A model generated the notes under the pieces. The model ran no database searches and was not told the DNA's origin. It worked only from the letters and a program-made list of their open reading frames with translations. The translations under genes and the position numbers were made by a program. Shown one piece after another: positions 1 through 13,470 of a stretch of DNA of 64,000 nt. This stretch comes from Vicugna vicugna (taxonomy: Eukaryota), in contig MU058824.1 of the NCBI GenBank assembly GCA_013265495.1, forward strand, positions 3,313,111-3,377,110, given 5' to 3'. Every line of letters begins with the position of its first letter. Within the stretch, counting starts at the first letter, position 1.

Positions 1-122
1 GCAAGTGCCTCTTCCGGGACGGGAAGGGAGGCGTCTTCGTTTGCTCCTACGGCCGAGCCAAGATGGAAAGAAACGTCTTCCGGAACCTGACTTACGCGGT
101 GCGGTGTATACACAATAGCAAG
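1..122 (+). CDS. FBXO10: FBXO10 coding exon (5' part outside window; probably exon 3)
   Basis: Frame from nt 3 reads KCLFRDGKGGVFVCSYGRAKMERNVFRNLTYAVRCIHNSK; ends AAG|GTGCTG and joins in frame to the next exon. Confidence 0.93.
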
Positions 123-3100
123 GTGCTGTCCCAAGGCTTACTGTGCAGACACGAGGCCTCACTGGGTCATCAGGAACATGATTTTTGAGTGGTGAGAGGG
201 CTTCCGTGGCTGTGTGCAGGAGGGTTTTGATGGAGCTATTCTGTGTTTTTCAAAAAATCACCATCTTGTAAGCTTATAACACACACTCTGCCTCATGTCC
301 CTCATCTGATTTGGACAGAGCAGAAACTGTTCTTCCTGTTTTACAGAAGAGGAAACAGGCCTAGAGAGGAACGTGACTCACTCAGGGTCACGTGGCAAGT
401 TAGAAGCTAAATGGAACAAGGATTGGAACCCAGATGTCCCTCCTCCTTTCCCTATGTTATGTTGCTTCTCAAACATGTCACCCAGCTCTTAGTAGAAGGA
501 ACAAGGGCTCTTTAGCCTGAATCTGAGAAAATTCAGGGAGACATGATCCAAGCTTGTGTGGGTGGTTGAGATGGCTTCCCACATGAGGAGAGGGTCGCCA
601 AGGAAGGTGGGATGCATGTGGTGAAAAGGAGGTGCAAAGTACAGCTTTAGGCAGCAGACGTTGTGTGCTAGGGCCTGGATGTGAGGCTGAATTCAGCAGT
701 GTGCTGGGGATGGAGCGGGTGTTGGAAAATGAGCAGGGAGGTGAGCAGAAGCCACCTTGCCAGGGCTTAGAAAGCCCCGTGGAGATGTAACTTCATGCTA
801 AGAGCAGTCCCTCCTACCACGGATGCCAGAAGCACCCTCGTATCTGCAGCCCCTTTGGGCACCGCAGGACAGTCTGCAGATCCTGAAAACAGCTGAGGAT
901 GGGAAAGGCTTCAAAAAGGAAAGACATGGTCTTCTAGAAAGAATCATGACATAGCTCCTAAGTTTGAGTCTTGCCTCTCCACTAATTCACTGTGAACGTT
1001 ACCTTCCTCTTCTGTGAAATGGAAATAAGCACTCCTGCCCCGCCACCTTCACTGGGGGTTTGTGAGGATCCAGTGTCGTAATATTGGCAGAAGCACTTAA
1101 CAAACTAAAGGGCATTGTACACGTGTCACATGTGGGTCTTGCAGGTCTCCAAAGGCTCCTGGAATGGTTAATAGCAATTTCGTCTTAATTATATTTTGTC
1201 CACTTCCAAAGAGTATTTCAGGTGGCATTACCCTGAATGCACAGTGTAAGACTGTGCTATAAACAGAGAATAAAAGATGATGGTCAGATAAAAGGGGTGG
1301 GTGATAGCTTTGCTTGTCGGGGTACCATGATGGAAGGATGTGGGTTGAGCCCTCAGGAAGGACTTTCCTCCTTGCATGATTGTTAAGAGTGTGGCTTCTG
1401 AGTCAGATTCTGGCTCTGCCCCTTATAAGCTGTATGTCCTTTGGACTAATGATGCTACCTACTCCGTGGTGTGGTGAGCATTTGCTTTGTATATGTATAT
1501 CAGGTGCTTAGCAGTGTGTCTGGTGCATAGCAAATACTCCATAACTGGGTTGATTTATTTGTTTGTTTGTAAAGACTTAAAAAAAGCTTTCCTGGGGGAT
1601 TGGTGCCTGGGCCAGGCCGTGCAGAAAGACTGGGAGTTGGCAGGGTGAATCTGTGAGGCACCGGAGGTGTGCGGGAAGGCCCAGATGCGAAGAGGACACG
1701 GGACATTCAGAGAGTTACAAGTTGCCTCATTAGCCGGAGCATGAGGTGAGGGCTGAAGAGGAGACAGGGAGGGGTCAGCAGGAGGCAGTCAGCTGAAGGA
1801 CAAGTGTCCTGCTGGAGATCGGAGTTGTCCTGAGGACAGTGGGAACTCACTGACAGATGTCAGGCAGAGAATTGTGGTCAGATCTGCATTTGGAAAGCTC
1901 ATTCTGTCAGCTTTGTAGAGGATGGAGTGGAGAGGAACAGGCTAGAGACAGAGTCCATGAGGGGCAGTGGATAATTAGGGTCCAGAGATGGAGAGGAGGG
2001 GAAAGGGCAGTCGCTTGGGGAGAGAGTAGCTGAGGTTATGTGGCCTCGATTTCTGGCCTGAGTGGCTGAGACAAAGGCAGGGAGTGGGAAGCTGAGAAGG
2101 TGAGGTTGTGGAGAGAAAGATGCTAGGCTGAGTTCTGGGCACATTGAGTTTGGAACATTGGTGACATCTGGTGACACGGGGCTGGGGCTTTAGAGAGCCA
2201 TGTGCCCTGACAGGCAGACTTGGCAGCAGGTGGTAGCTGGAGTCGTGACAAGGACAGGTGAAAAGTTAAACAGCTTTAGTTGTAGCCCTCTTGAATTAAT
2301 GCCCCGAGGGGACTTTTGGTAGGAAACGGACAGCCAGCTGTTCCTTGTGAGTCTCCAGAAGGGACCCTGAAAAATTGATCTTGGCTGTTTTTTGACGACA
2401 GCAATCCATGGTGTCTCATGAGTACCCAGCATCAGGGACACTTAGACGCCAGGTGGCATTAGTACAGGCGGAAGCTGCGGGCAAGAGTGCGGACCTTACT
2501 GAGCTGGTCCGGGTGCCCAGAAGCAAGGCCTTGATCTGGTGGCCCGGGGCCAGCCGCCCTGCCTCTGCCCTCTAGAACATCCCCACGAGGGTAGAGGCTG
2601 GCAGAAGGAACAAAGAAAAGTATCGCTACCTGTGATTTTTGTCTTGTTTCTTGGGTATCTGGTAATTTTTAGTTGAAAGTCAGAGATGGAGGTAAGTTGT
2701 GTCTGTGTGGGGAACCTGCGTGCCTGTCTCGCTAGGCTCCGGTTATGTTGTTATGATTATGTTCAGTGAATCACAGGCTCCCGATTCCTCTAGCATTACC
2801 ATGGCTGGCTTGCCAGTGGGCTTCTCTCTGTTTTAGGTCTTCCTTTTGCCCCTGCTCCTCAGAGGGGGTCTGTCTCCGGGCTCTTGCCCCTCCCAGCAGT
2901 AGGCTGCTGCCATTTGTGGCTCCCCCTGGTTAGCCTGGTCGCATGGTGGGTGGCAGGGATTCTCTCGTGTCCCTGTTCATCCTTAGACTTAGGTAGGGGC
3001 TGTGTCCGTGGCTTTAGGACCTTGGCAGTGGGCCCTTTTCGGTGGTCCAGCCTCAACCTCAGCTCTGGGGAGGGGCTCTAGTGATCGAGGCCGAAGACAT

Positions 3101-4538
3101 TTTCCTCCCACCTCCCCGAGTGGTAAAGCATTTATTGCTTTTCTATTCTCTTCCTTGAGAGCCGTGAGGTTTGCTGCCCTTCCCCCCGCTGCTTAGGGCT
3201 CATCCCCTGGGGAAGCGAGGGGAGAGCAGCCCCGGGAGGGGCTCAGCGCATCTCCCACAGCGGCTGTTGTGCTCTCCCCCGGGCGTCCGCCAGGAGGGAG
3301 GCTGGCTCCAGTCTCCTGTCTTTCTCTGTGAGCACCTGGAGAGGTTCATGGAGAAGTGAATAGATGTAACTGCTCCTGGAGCTTCTGTGCTCTCACACGA
3401 GTTCACACTTGGCCTTTGACAACGCATGAAAACCTTTGCTGAACCCTTTTTACCGGCTTGTATGGCACCTGAGTCTGTCCCGGCAAGTGTTCCTGTCTCG
3501 TGTCCTTGGAGACACCTGTTTCCCTTAGATTCCGGGCTGGCTGGTTGTTCTGCAGCCTCGGCTCTCTGATGGGTTCAAGGAAGGTTGTGTTTTTGTATCT
3601 TCCTGTTGTGAGTGTGGGAGCAATACTCTTTCCGACTTTCTCCATCCTAAGCAGAGGCTTCTCCTTGAAACTGTACTTCTGTTATACCTTACCCCTCCCA
3701 GAGTTTTATCCTAATGTAACATATTGTTAGTACACAGTTTAGCTTAACATAATACATATTTATTATCAATACTTAATTGTTTAAAATAAAGTCTAGATTT
3801 TTTGATATAATTATTAAGTACAAAAAGAAAATATAAGTGGCAGAACATCCCCTTAATAAGCTGTGTGCTGGTGCCTTGTTTTAAACAGACTTCCTTTTCT
3901 GTACACCAGCACATCTAATTGTCTCTTAGTTGGGAGTTTCAGTGGTTTTTCCACCCCAGAATAATACATCAAGAGAGATGGAGAAGAGGCATGAACAGGC
4001 GTTTGTCTTTAAAGTGGAAAGTGAAAGGGAAGGTGGGAGAGGAGAGCTGCGTGGTCCCTTACCCTCAGGTGCGTTCTCAGGCAGGTGAAGCTACGCACAG
4101 GCATGTGTGGAAGTGGTGGGTCTGGCACTTGATTCCATTCAAAGTAGTTGTGCCCTGGGGCCCCTGGGGAAAACTTCATGCAGCCCCAGTGCATGGAGAG
4201 TTTGCAGACCACTAAACCCTGTCTTCTCCAAGGGTTCTTTCCCTGCCATCATCCAGTTACTTGTCCTGCTCGGGAGTTGTGAATATGGAGCACAGGGCCA
4301 GGCTTCCATCCAGGTCTTATTAAAGACCCGGTGTGAGGTCGGGGGAGAGTCTGCAGGGCAGAGCTGGGCAGGATGTGGAGACGGTCCCGTTCTCCGAGCA
4401 CACGGCGGCGCGTGGCTGGTCTGCGCCAGGTGGAACTGCGCGGACCAGATGGGAAGGAACAGACTCAGGTATTCCCCGAGCAGTTCTTATAAACACCTTT
4501 GTGACAGGAGAACGAATGGCTCTCTCTTCTCTGCCTAG

Positions 4539-4688
4539 ATCATCATGCTCAGAAACCACATTCACCACTGCAGAGCATCAGGCATCTTTCTTCGCTTGGA
4601 GGGTGGAGGCCTAATCGCCGGCAACAACATTTACCACAACGCAGAGGCTGGCGTCGACATCCGGAAAAAGTCCAACCCTCTCATTCTG
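4539..4688 (+). CDS. FBXO10: FBXO10 coding exon (150 nt)
   Basis: ctctgcctag|ATC ... CTG|gtactt; IIMLRNHIHHCRASGIFLRLEGGGLIAGNNIYHNAEAGVDIRKKSNPLIL (PbH1 repeats). Confidence 0.96.
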
Positions 4689-5294
4689 GTACTTCCCTCC
4701 ATCTCCGTGCCCTTTTCACGGTGGCTCACCTTTTCTGAGGATGTTTAAGCAGATGTTGCTGTCTTGAATTGCTATTGCTTTCTGTCTGCCAGTGGTTCCT
4801 GCCCTTTTCTCTGTGTGTCCATGTGACTCTGTCTCTTTCTCCATGTAATAAGAGTGACTTTGGAGAAGTCACTTCCCCACGACGCTCCCAGTAAGGAAGC
4901 AGGACCAGATGGACAGGGAGATTTCACAGGGCCTTCCCTCCCTCAGGCCTGATCCACTCTTATGGGCTTTGAGTTTGGTAAGACAAGAGGTCTGACCTAA
5001 AACACACTGAGATCAAAAATAAAATGCCAAGTTAGTTCATTATTTACTATAAAAGGACATTTAGGATACTTAGTTCTGAAGATTATCTGTTTCATGGATA
5101 TCATGAGGCCATAGTGAGTTTGAGCTTAAACTCAGTGTGAAAGCCACTGAAAATCCTAGAATGTGAGACCAGTGATATGAGAGATTTGCCCCCCTTTCCA
5201 CTCCGGCCTTCTCTGAGAGACAGATTTCCCAGAAATTGGGAAACATGATGGACTTTTTATGGGCTTGGAAAAATAATATCCACCCTTAGGTGTA

Positions 5295-5540
5295 GTACTT
5301 ACAAATGCCAGATACTGTTCTAAGCACTTGATATGTATTTTATTTCATTATGGTTTAATCCTTACGCAATCCTGTGAGATAGAATTATTATTATCCCCAT
5401 TTTATCGATAAAGACACTGAGGCACAAAGAGGCTAGGGATCTTGCTCCAAATCACACATCTAGTGACAGAGCTGGGATTTGAATCCAGGCAGTCTGACTT
5501 AGAGTGGATGTTCTTAACCCAGTATAGCTAGACTGCCTTT
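5295..5540 (-). mobile_element. MIR SINE
   Basis: ATTATCCCCATTTTATCGATAAAGACACTGAGGCACAAAGAGG...GCTGGGATTTGAATCCAGGCAGTCTG core. Confidence 0.8.
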
Positions 5541-6829
5541 GCAAATGCCAAGAAAGGCGAGTTCCTAACTGTATTTAAAAAGACACGCCTCGGCAGTGTC
5601 CTCTGCCAACCACTTCCTCTCACGCCTTCTGCTGTGTAGCTTGTATCTGATGCATGGCTTTGGCTTAGGAAATTATTGCTACTATTGCCAGAGAGATGAG
5701 AGCAGTTTGCCTTCCCAGGGACAGAGGGGACAGGCCGGTTAGCAGGTGGAGGGGGAGAGGAGGATTACCTGGCTTTGTGAAAGGACACGGGATGGGAACA
5801 ACGTTACTTATACCTCTCTCCCCGCACTTTTCAGCCCTGTGAGGGACTGTAGGCAGTGGTTACCCTAATGAGTCTGCCAAATCCTCCAGGGGAAAATCTG
5901 GAAGGTTGAGTAAGAATGGGAGAGCTTGCAGCATGAAACACTGTAAAGCAAACTGGACTTTATTTTGCTGAAATAATTTTGGAAGAGAAACAGCTGGCTT
6001 CCTGGCTTAAGGATAAGATTGTGTTTAGGCTGTAAATTAACAATTGGAATGAAACAGTTTTACTATAACTTATTGTACCCTAAAAGTTCTGTCACTGTGC
6101 ACAAGCAGCTAACTGACTAGGCAACAGAAAAACTAGGTTTCAGGTGCGGCTTTGCCAGAGACATCCTGCGACCCTGGGTCTGTTTCCCCGTTTGCATGGA
6201 GAGGGATAGAATGAGTGTCTCCAAGGGTCCTCGTAGCTCATGCATCTTCTGTGACCTCATGCCTCGTGGGACATGGAAACCTAAGCTCCTCAGGACCACA
6301 CCTTCCATAGCAACCCCCACCCCACCCTGAGTGAGAAGCCAGTGACTCCCCTATTCCCCGGGTGGCCCCTCGGGACTGCAGTTAGCCAATGTTCCCATGT
6401 GCTGGGGTTCTGCCCCCTCCTTGAGAAGCGGGAGCCCTGGGTGACATGGCCTCCCTGGATGATTGTGTGTTTTGGGGATTCTTCAGAGTCTCAGAAATTT
6501 TCAGTAGTGTGCATTGCAGATGAAGAAGGGCAAGAGCCCTCAGCAGTAGGGACCCACATGACTGCACCCCAGGAGGCTGGGCGGGGAAGACTCCTCTCTT
6601 GAGAGTCGCTCTCACAGGTGTCCACATATGCACCTGCCTACATGAGCACCTGCCCAGGAAGGGCAGGGCGGCTGCCTGGTCTATTCACTCTGTTTTGTGC
6701 TGGGGACCCTCCAGCGACGTGGCTTTTTCTGCTGGTTCATCCTGGCTCTGCTCTGGGGCAGCACTGAGCACACTGCTTCTTGGGGGCGTGTCTGATCTGC
6801 CTCCTGTGGTGTCTCACATTCACTTGCAG

Positions 6830-6966
6830 TGTAACCAGATCCACCACGGCCTTCGCTCTGGCATTGTTGTCCTTGGCAATGGGAAAGGCATCATCCGGAA
6901 CAATCAAATCTTTTCAAATAAGGAGGCTGGCATTTATATTCTGTACCATGGAAATCCGGTTGTCAG
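6830..6966 (+). CDS. FBXO10: FBXO10 coding exon (137 nt)
   Basis: cacttgcag|TGT ... AG|gtatgt; CNQIHHGLRSGIVVLGNGKGIIRNNQIFSNKEAGIYILYHGNPVV. Confidence 0.96.
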
Positions 6967-7069
6967 GTATGTGCCACTTGTACCCAGACCATCCCGCTCA
7001 CCCTCAGTCCCTTCTTTCCCCTCTGATCTTTCTGTTTCCCTACTCCACGTCTCTGCTTCACTTGAAACT

Positions 7070-7208
7070 TTTTCTTTTTAATTTTTGGGGGGTGGTAATT
7101 AGGTTTATTTTTAATTAATTTATTATTATTTTTGGAGGTACTGGGTATTGAACCCAAGACTTCATGCATCCTAAGCACATGCTCTACACGCACTGAGCTA
7201 TATCTCCT
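7070..7208 (-). mobile_element. tRNA-derived SINE (Vic-1-like, camelid)
   Basis: Reverse complement reads GGAGATATAGCTCAGTG...GTCTTGGGTTCAATACCCAGTACCTCC followed by an A-rich tail with ACCTAATTACC. Confidence 0.85.
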
Positions 7209-8914
7209 GCCAGTTTGAAACCATTTTTTCAAATAGATTACTAAAACAACTGTACTAATGCAAGCAAAGCAGAGACAGACTTCATCAGTTACCTCACGTC
7301 AGTAACACCTCCTTTTGTGTTATTGTATCTGTGTTTTGTGCTTTTTGTGCCTATGTTCCCTTCCAGTTAACTATGGGTGGCCATTCTATTCAGCAAACTT
7401 ACTGAGCACTTCTAATAATGACAACAAAGCCAAACAAGAGGCAGCTCTGATCCCTGGGAGGTTACTGTAGTCTGGAGGACACATGTACCCAGAAATAATG
7501 CTAAGATAACTAACTATAGCATGGAGAGTTCAACTTACTGGACAACTCCGGTCAGTTGATAGTGGCTACCTGGGATGCTGCGTTGAGATCCAGAGGCTGC
7601 ATCTGATGTCAGCATTTATCAGTGGTGTAAGCTGTAGGTGGGAGGGGCCGTGGAGCTGCCCTCCCAGCTTCGTATGCGGCAGACGGTGATGAGTGCTGTC
7701 AAAGCCACACCGAGAGAGGGAACCGTTCTGACGAGGGGGCTGTGGGAAGGCCTCATTTGGGAGGTGGCAGTGGAGTTAGATTTTGAAATAGGGGGAGAGC
7801 TTGGCCTCTTATGGAGATGGAGAGTAGACATGCCTAGTGAAAGGAGCAGCATGAACAAAGGCAGCAGAGCCTTTGTTCAGGAGATTCGGGGTTAGCACAC
7901 AGTCCACTGCAGCTCGAGAAAAAGTCCGACACCAGTTGTGACATTGGTATCCAACATCTTAAATCAGGTCTGTCCCAGGCAATCTTGGGTCCTGTGGTCA
8001 CTGGAGCCTGAGCTTTTATATCCCTGTGGCAGTCCGACTCTGCCGTGCAGTGTGGTGGAAAGCCTTGGGCCGGATGAGGAAGGCCTTCTGTAGTCCAGTG
8101 AGGAACGTAGAGTTTATTCTGTCTCGGTAATGGGGCGTCATTAAAGGTTTTCAGCAGAGGACTCACACGGTTATGTCTGGGCCTTACAAAAGTAACTGGC
8201 ATTAATGTGCAGCAAATGTGTCCTGAGGGTGTTTGCCCTGTATTATTCCATGTGTGCTTTTCCATGTTTTTGCGTGGCCTTTATATTTATCACTTTGGAC
8301 AGTTTCAGAACATTCCATTGTTTTGCTATTCCCTCATTTTTGAACCAGTCCGATTACTAGTAGGCACCTATTTTTTCACCGCTATAGACAGCTTACTAAA
8401 GCCTTAGTAATTATAGAGCTCTTTTTCCATCTTTTGCATTATTGCCTTAAGAGTATGGGTTTGCATGTATGCGTATTATTCATTTAACACACATTCAAGT
8501 GTTTTCTCCATATAAGGTGACAGCAATTTAAAAAGTGTGTACAAAGAGTCTCTGCTCCATGGAGTTGACAGTCACATGTTGGAAACAGACAAACACACAG
8601 AGAGCCAGGAGGGAAGACTTACAAAACAAGTGCTTTAATAGGTCTTCATACAGGTGCCAAAGGAGTCCAGCCACGATTTCAGCTGAACAAGTCAGGGCAG
8701 GGCACGCTGGGAGCTGACATTTGAATTGTGTTTGAAGAATGAGAAGGGTTTCACGGCCACAGAAAAGGCATTCTGGGTCTGGGGCAGTGAAATTCAGGGT
8801 ATGTTCTGGGAAAATGGTATAAATGTCTGGGCCTGTGATGTCCCCGGGGGGACTGAGTAGAAGATCAGCCTGCATTGGGGTTGATACTGGAGCACAGAGG
8901 ACCTCAAACACCAA

Positions 8915-9355
8915 GAGTGGTAGGTGGAATCATGGCCCTCGAATATATCCATTTCCTAATCCTTGGAACCTGTGCATGTTGTCTTACAGGGCAGAAGAGA
9001 CTTTGCAGATGTGATTAAGTTCAGGATCTTGAGATGAGGAGAGCATCCTGGATTAGCCAGATGGGCTTAGTATCATCTCAAGGGACCTTAGAAGAGGGGG
9101 GAGGAGGGGAGCTGGAGGATGAGAGCCCAGGAGGGAAATGTGTCAGAGAAGCAGAGATCAGAGTGATGAGGCCACGGGCCAGGAAGTCCGGGCAGCCCGT
9201 GGCAGCTGGGAAAGACAAGAAATGGATTCCTCCCTAGAGGCTCCAGAAGGAACATGGGTCTTGATTTAGCCCTGTCAGACCCAGTTTGAACTTCTGACTT
9301 CCTAAACTAGAAGAGAATAAGGCACAAAGTCTGCATAATTTGTTACAGCAGCCAG
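8915..9355 (+). mobile_element. MLT1 (MaLR) solo LTR, MLT1D-like
   Basis: GACTTTGCAGATGTGATTAAG...GGATCTTGAGATG...GGATTCCTCCCTAGAGGCTCCAGAAGGAAC...ATAATTTGTTACAGCAGC. Confidence 0.85.
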
Positions 9356-10739
9356 ACACCCAGACCGTGTGGTGCCGGAGAACTGCTGAAGGGCATTGAG
9401 CAAGGAATATTACAACCAGACCAGGGCTTTAAAACATGGTTGCTTTGACGGAATAGGCTATGCTTTTTCTGTTTCTTTGTGAGGAAGGGTAGGGATCTGT
9501 GGGAGGGCACAGAGTGAACTGGGAGGTCCCCGAACTGACCTGGATGAGGCAAACCACAGCATGTTCTTTGGCCAGTGACAGTTATGTAACCTGTTGTGTT
9601 TTTCTTTTTTGCCTTGGCTGCAAGGAAGCACAGAACTCAAACTGGCTTGTCCGTAGTTAATATCCCACTCTTGGTTCTTGGAGCAATGATCTGTCCCCTT
9701 TTCCTCATGTTTTCTGGTACCTCTTCTATCTGTGTTCTGCCCACCCTGTATACACACACATGCATTGCTTCTCCAAGCGACTGTGGATCCTTTCTGCAGG
9801 TAAGTGAGATCAGTGTTAAAAGCGTACCAGTCACGCATTTGCTGCTATGGCACAGGTCTCAGGAATATGAGTGAGGCATGCCCTAGCCCAGGGCCTGCAT
9901 CTGACCCTAAATTCTACGAACCCATAGTAACCATCAGCTGACTGAGTTGTAATCACATCAAAGCAGATACTTCAGATCTATCTGAGGGAGAACATAAGGA
10001 TGTTTTTAGCAGATAATTTCACTCTAAATTTCCAAAGTGCATAGTGTAGATGCATTGACATTTGGCTTCCCCAGCATCAACATAATTTGCTGTTTTTCCC
10101 CAAGGACATTAACCATTTGGCCCCCATCCTAGGAGATGGGAGGGCTTATTATCAGCCAGCTCCTACTCAGTGAAGTTCTGTGGGGTGCCAGGCCCTGTGT
10201 TCAGCCCCTTTTTAAATCTAGATTTCGTCTTATAAGGCATGCCATTATTTTATGTTTTCATTCAGTGGGTAGGCAACTGAGTTAACGGAAAATAAGGTAG
10301 AAAGTAAGCTGTTGGATACAAACAGAAGATGGTAGGCCTGTTACAGGTGGAATCTGATTCAGACTTTGTATGCAGATCACTCCCAAACAAGCTTAACACA
10401 GGCTTCTAGGAATTCTTGACACCACCCAGACTTTCCCTGTTACCGTGCACCATGATGACGTTTGTTTAAAATGGTGTTAGTATGTGGACAATGGTCCAGA
10501 GAGGCCGCAGGGACGTGGTGTCGTTGTGCTTCTATGGCATAGTCGTAGGTTGTTTCTGGCCAATAATAACTGAAGATTGCTGACTACTTGGCTTCTCGGG
10601 CTTGGGGAGGTGCCCATGCCCCTGTGGACTTGAGCCCCCTGGGAAGTCCACAAAAGAAGGTGGTCACCTTGGATGGATGTTGTCTTTGATGCATGATGCT
10701 GGTCTGGTCTCACCTTTTGTTTTTCTCCTTCCATTCTAG

Positions 10740-10810
10740 CCAGAACCACATTTTCAGGGGCCATGCAGCCGGCATAGCTGTGAACGAGAATGGCAGAGGC
10801 CTCATCACAG
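10740..10810 (+). CDS. FBXO10: FBXO10 coding exon (71 nt)
   Basis: ccattctag|C ... G|gtaggg; (S)QNHIFRGHAAGIAVNENGRGLIT; phases match both neighbours. Confidence 0.95.
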
Positions 10811-12079
10811 GTAGGGCTGGGACTGCCTGGAGCCGCAGCCAGCCAGGCGACCACAGCCGAGCCAGCGGCCCTGGCTTCCCATCCACCCAGTCCTTCACCT
10901 CGACAGACTGGCCTCCTTCATGCTGGCTAGCATCAGGGACGCCGGCTGCATGCACCGGCCATGCTTCTCAGGCAGGGAGGGAGTGTCTGCTCTGTGCCAG
11001 GCCTGGCGCTTACAGAATCTGAATGGGCGGCTCACGTAACAATGTCAGAAGCATGGATGCCACACAAACTCTCTGAATCCCTCCCCTTGGCTTTTGTACA
11101 GGCTTGTGCCTACTCTGGCACTCCATCCCCATTTCCCCTCTGCCTGGCCAGCTCCTACTCATCCTTCCAGTCTAACCCTAAGTGTCATTTCCTGAGGGAA
11201 GCCTGCCATGATTTCCCATTATATATAGACATACTCACCCAGTAGGCCTGCTCTGCAGGACATCGTACTTAATTTCTTGTGATCTGTGTAATGTCAGGCT
11301 CCTTTGCTGTAAGGCAGTACATATAAGGCGAGGATCAAGTCTGTCTGGTATATCAGTGTAGCCTCAGCACAGAGCACAGCCATACCTGGGACAATATAGA
11401 GATTCAGTAAATACTGGGCCAGTGAATCCCCCCGAATGAATCCAGCCTGCCTTCATTCATCAGACATTTGTTGAGCACACGCTGTGTGCAGGAGCTGGGA
11501 TACAGCAGAGAACAAAACAGATGTGATTTCTACTCTCAGGAACTGACATTTTAAGATTGGGGAAAAAAATAAAAACTTTTTTTTTTCCAAGGAAAGTCAT
11601 ACCAACAGCTTACTCTCTACCTTATTTTCTGTTAACTCAGTTGCCTACGCACTGAATGAAAACATAAAATAAGGTAGTAGAGGAACTGTGTGGGTGTTAA
11701 GGACTGTGTGATCAGGCCAAGCGTTTCTGAGAAGGTGACAGGTAGGCCAGAAGCTGAATGATGGGAAGGAACGCAGGAAAAGAACCAGGATCCACTCAGG
11801 GCCAGCTGTGGGGACAGACTTGATGTGCCTCAGGGGCCTGGAGGTCGTGCATGTGACTGCAGTGATGAGGCAGGAAGAGGCCAGGGTCTCATGAGCCATA
11901 GCTGTCACGAGAGGCTGAGAGTCTCCCCTGCCACAGTGCTGGGCAGCCATGTCCCAGGAACCCCCCCAACTTCCTAACTTGTGACTCTTCAACCCACTAA
12001 CCCCCAGAGTCGTGGAAGAGCAGGAGGGAGGAGGAAGGCTGTGGTCAGTCCTGAGTTGAGGCTGAGAAGGACAGGCTGA

Positions 12080-12258
12080 GGGGAGGGTATAGCTCAGTGG
12101 TAGAGCGCCTGCTTAGCCTGCATGCAGTCCTGGGTTCAGCCCCCAGTACCTCCATTAAAAATAAATAAATAAACCCAATTACCTCCCCCATAAAATGAAA
12201 TTTTAAAAAATAATAAAAGCATTTTTAAAAATTTAAACAAAGAAAGAAAAAGAAGAAT
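12080..12258 (+). mobile_element. tRNA-derived SINE (Vic-1-like) with AAGGACAGGC target-site duplication
   Basis: GGGGAGGGTATAGCTCAGTGGTAGAGC (A box) ... GGTTCAGCCCC (B-box-like), A-rich tail; flanking repeat at 12067-12076 and 12259-12268. Confidence 0.9.
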
Positions 12259-12640
12259 AAGGACAGGCCTGTGGGGAAATGGCTGGATTTGGCTTCAGCC
12301 CCCCGAGGACTGACCCCCACCAGGACAGGCAGCCCTGCCTGACCTTGGCCCAGGGACTCTAAAGCCAGTTAATGCTTAGTTATCAGTCCTCAAGGCCACT
12401 GGGTACAGTGGGTTCTGGGGATATAGGAGAGCACAGGACAGACACAAACCCTGACCTTGGGGAAGGCAGACAGCAGACAAGTCCCTGGAAAGTCAAACAC
12501 CAGACAGGATTTGGGGTGCTGACTGCTGACAGGGGAAGGCCTGTGTGTCCTTTCTGGACTTTCCTTCCTGTCAGCTGTCCAAGTCCTAGTTGCCAGCTTG
12601 GTAAGTGGCCCTTGACCCACTTCTCTGCCTCTTTCCATAG

Positions 12641-12793
12641 AAAATGTCATCCGAGAGAATCAGTGGGGAGGTGTGGACATCCGCCGCGGAGGGGTCCCCG
12701 TCCTCAGGAGCAACCTCATCTGCTTTGGCTACTCAGACGGCGTGGTCGTGGGGGATGAAGGCAAAGGCCTGATAGAAGGAAACACCATCTACG
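12641..12793 (+). CDS. FBXO10: FBXO10 coding exon (153 nt)
   Basis: ctttccatag|AA ... G|gtgagg; (E)NVIRENQWGGVDIRRGGVPVLRSNLICFGYSDGVVVGDEGKGLIEGNTIY. Confidence 0.96.
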
Positions 12794-13259
12794 GTGAGGG
12801 GCATGTTCCGAGGAGTGGGGGAGGTTTGGGCCCAGCCTAGCCTGGAGGCAGGAAGCCCAGGTTCCATCTCCAGCTGTGGGTCCTGAGAAAGTCACCACCT
12901 TTCCCTGGGCATCAAAGACCTCATCTAGAAGAACAGCATTGATCTCAAGTCACAGCCACGCAGCCCCTCTCAGAAGGCATGAGCCCCTCATAAACCACCC
13001 TCTGATCCAGATGACCCTGTGGGGTCAGCAAAGCAGAGAGCTTTATCCCCACTTAAAATAGCTGAAGGCAGGAGTGGATCTTGTGTAAGGATGGGGCCAT
13101 TTATTTCTGACACGTGGACATCTGACTCTTCTTATCCTTTCTTTTGATCCAGAGAACTAAAATTATAATGGGAGAAATAGGGTAATAATAGAAGAAAACT
13201 GTTCTCACTCATTCTGGGACTTTGGGCAAGGCCTTAATCTCTCTGGACTGCATCTCTAA

Positions 13260-13470
13260 CAATAGTAATAGCTAACCTACATTCAGGCCCTGGACTCTTG
13301 CTAGGCCCTTTCTATGTGTTGTCACATTTAATCCTCATGACTGCCTTCTGAGGTAGGCACAGTTATTAACCCCATTTTAAAGATGAGGAAACTGAGGCAC
13401 AGAGAGGTTCAATAACCTGCTCAGGGTCACACAGCTAGAAGTGGTAGGGCTGGGGCTCAAAGTGAGGCTG
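13260..13470 (-). mobile_element. MIR SINE
   Basis: CCCATTTTAAAGATGAGGAAACTGAGGCACAGAGAGGTT core. Confidence 0.8.

Noticed and set aside
4689..4698. FBXO10 donor GTACTTCCCT superficially resembling a U12 site
   Set aside because: Does not match RTATCCTT, and the acceptor at 6829 has no TCCTTRAC branch site
12080..12150. tRNA-like sequence with A and B boxes (also the other four copies)
   Set aside because: Diverged, A-rich tails and target-site duplications identify these as SINE heads, not tRNA genes
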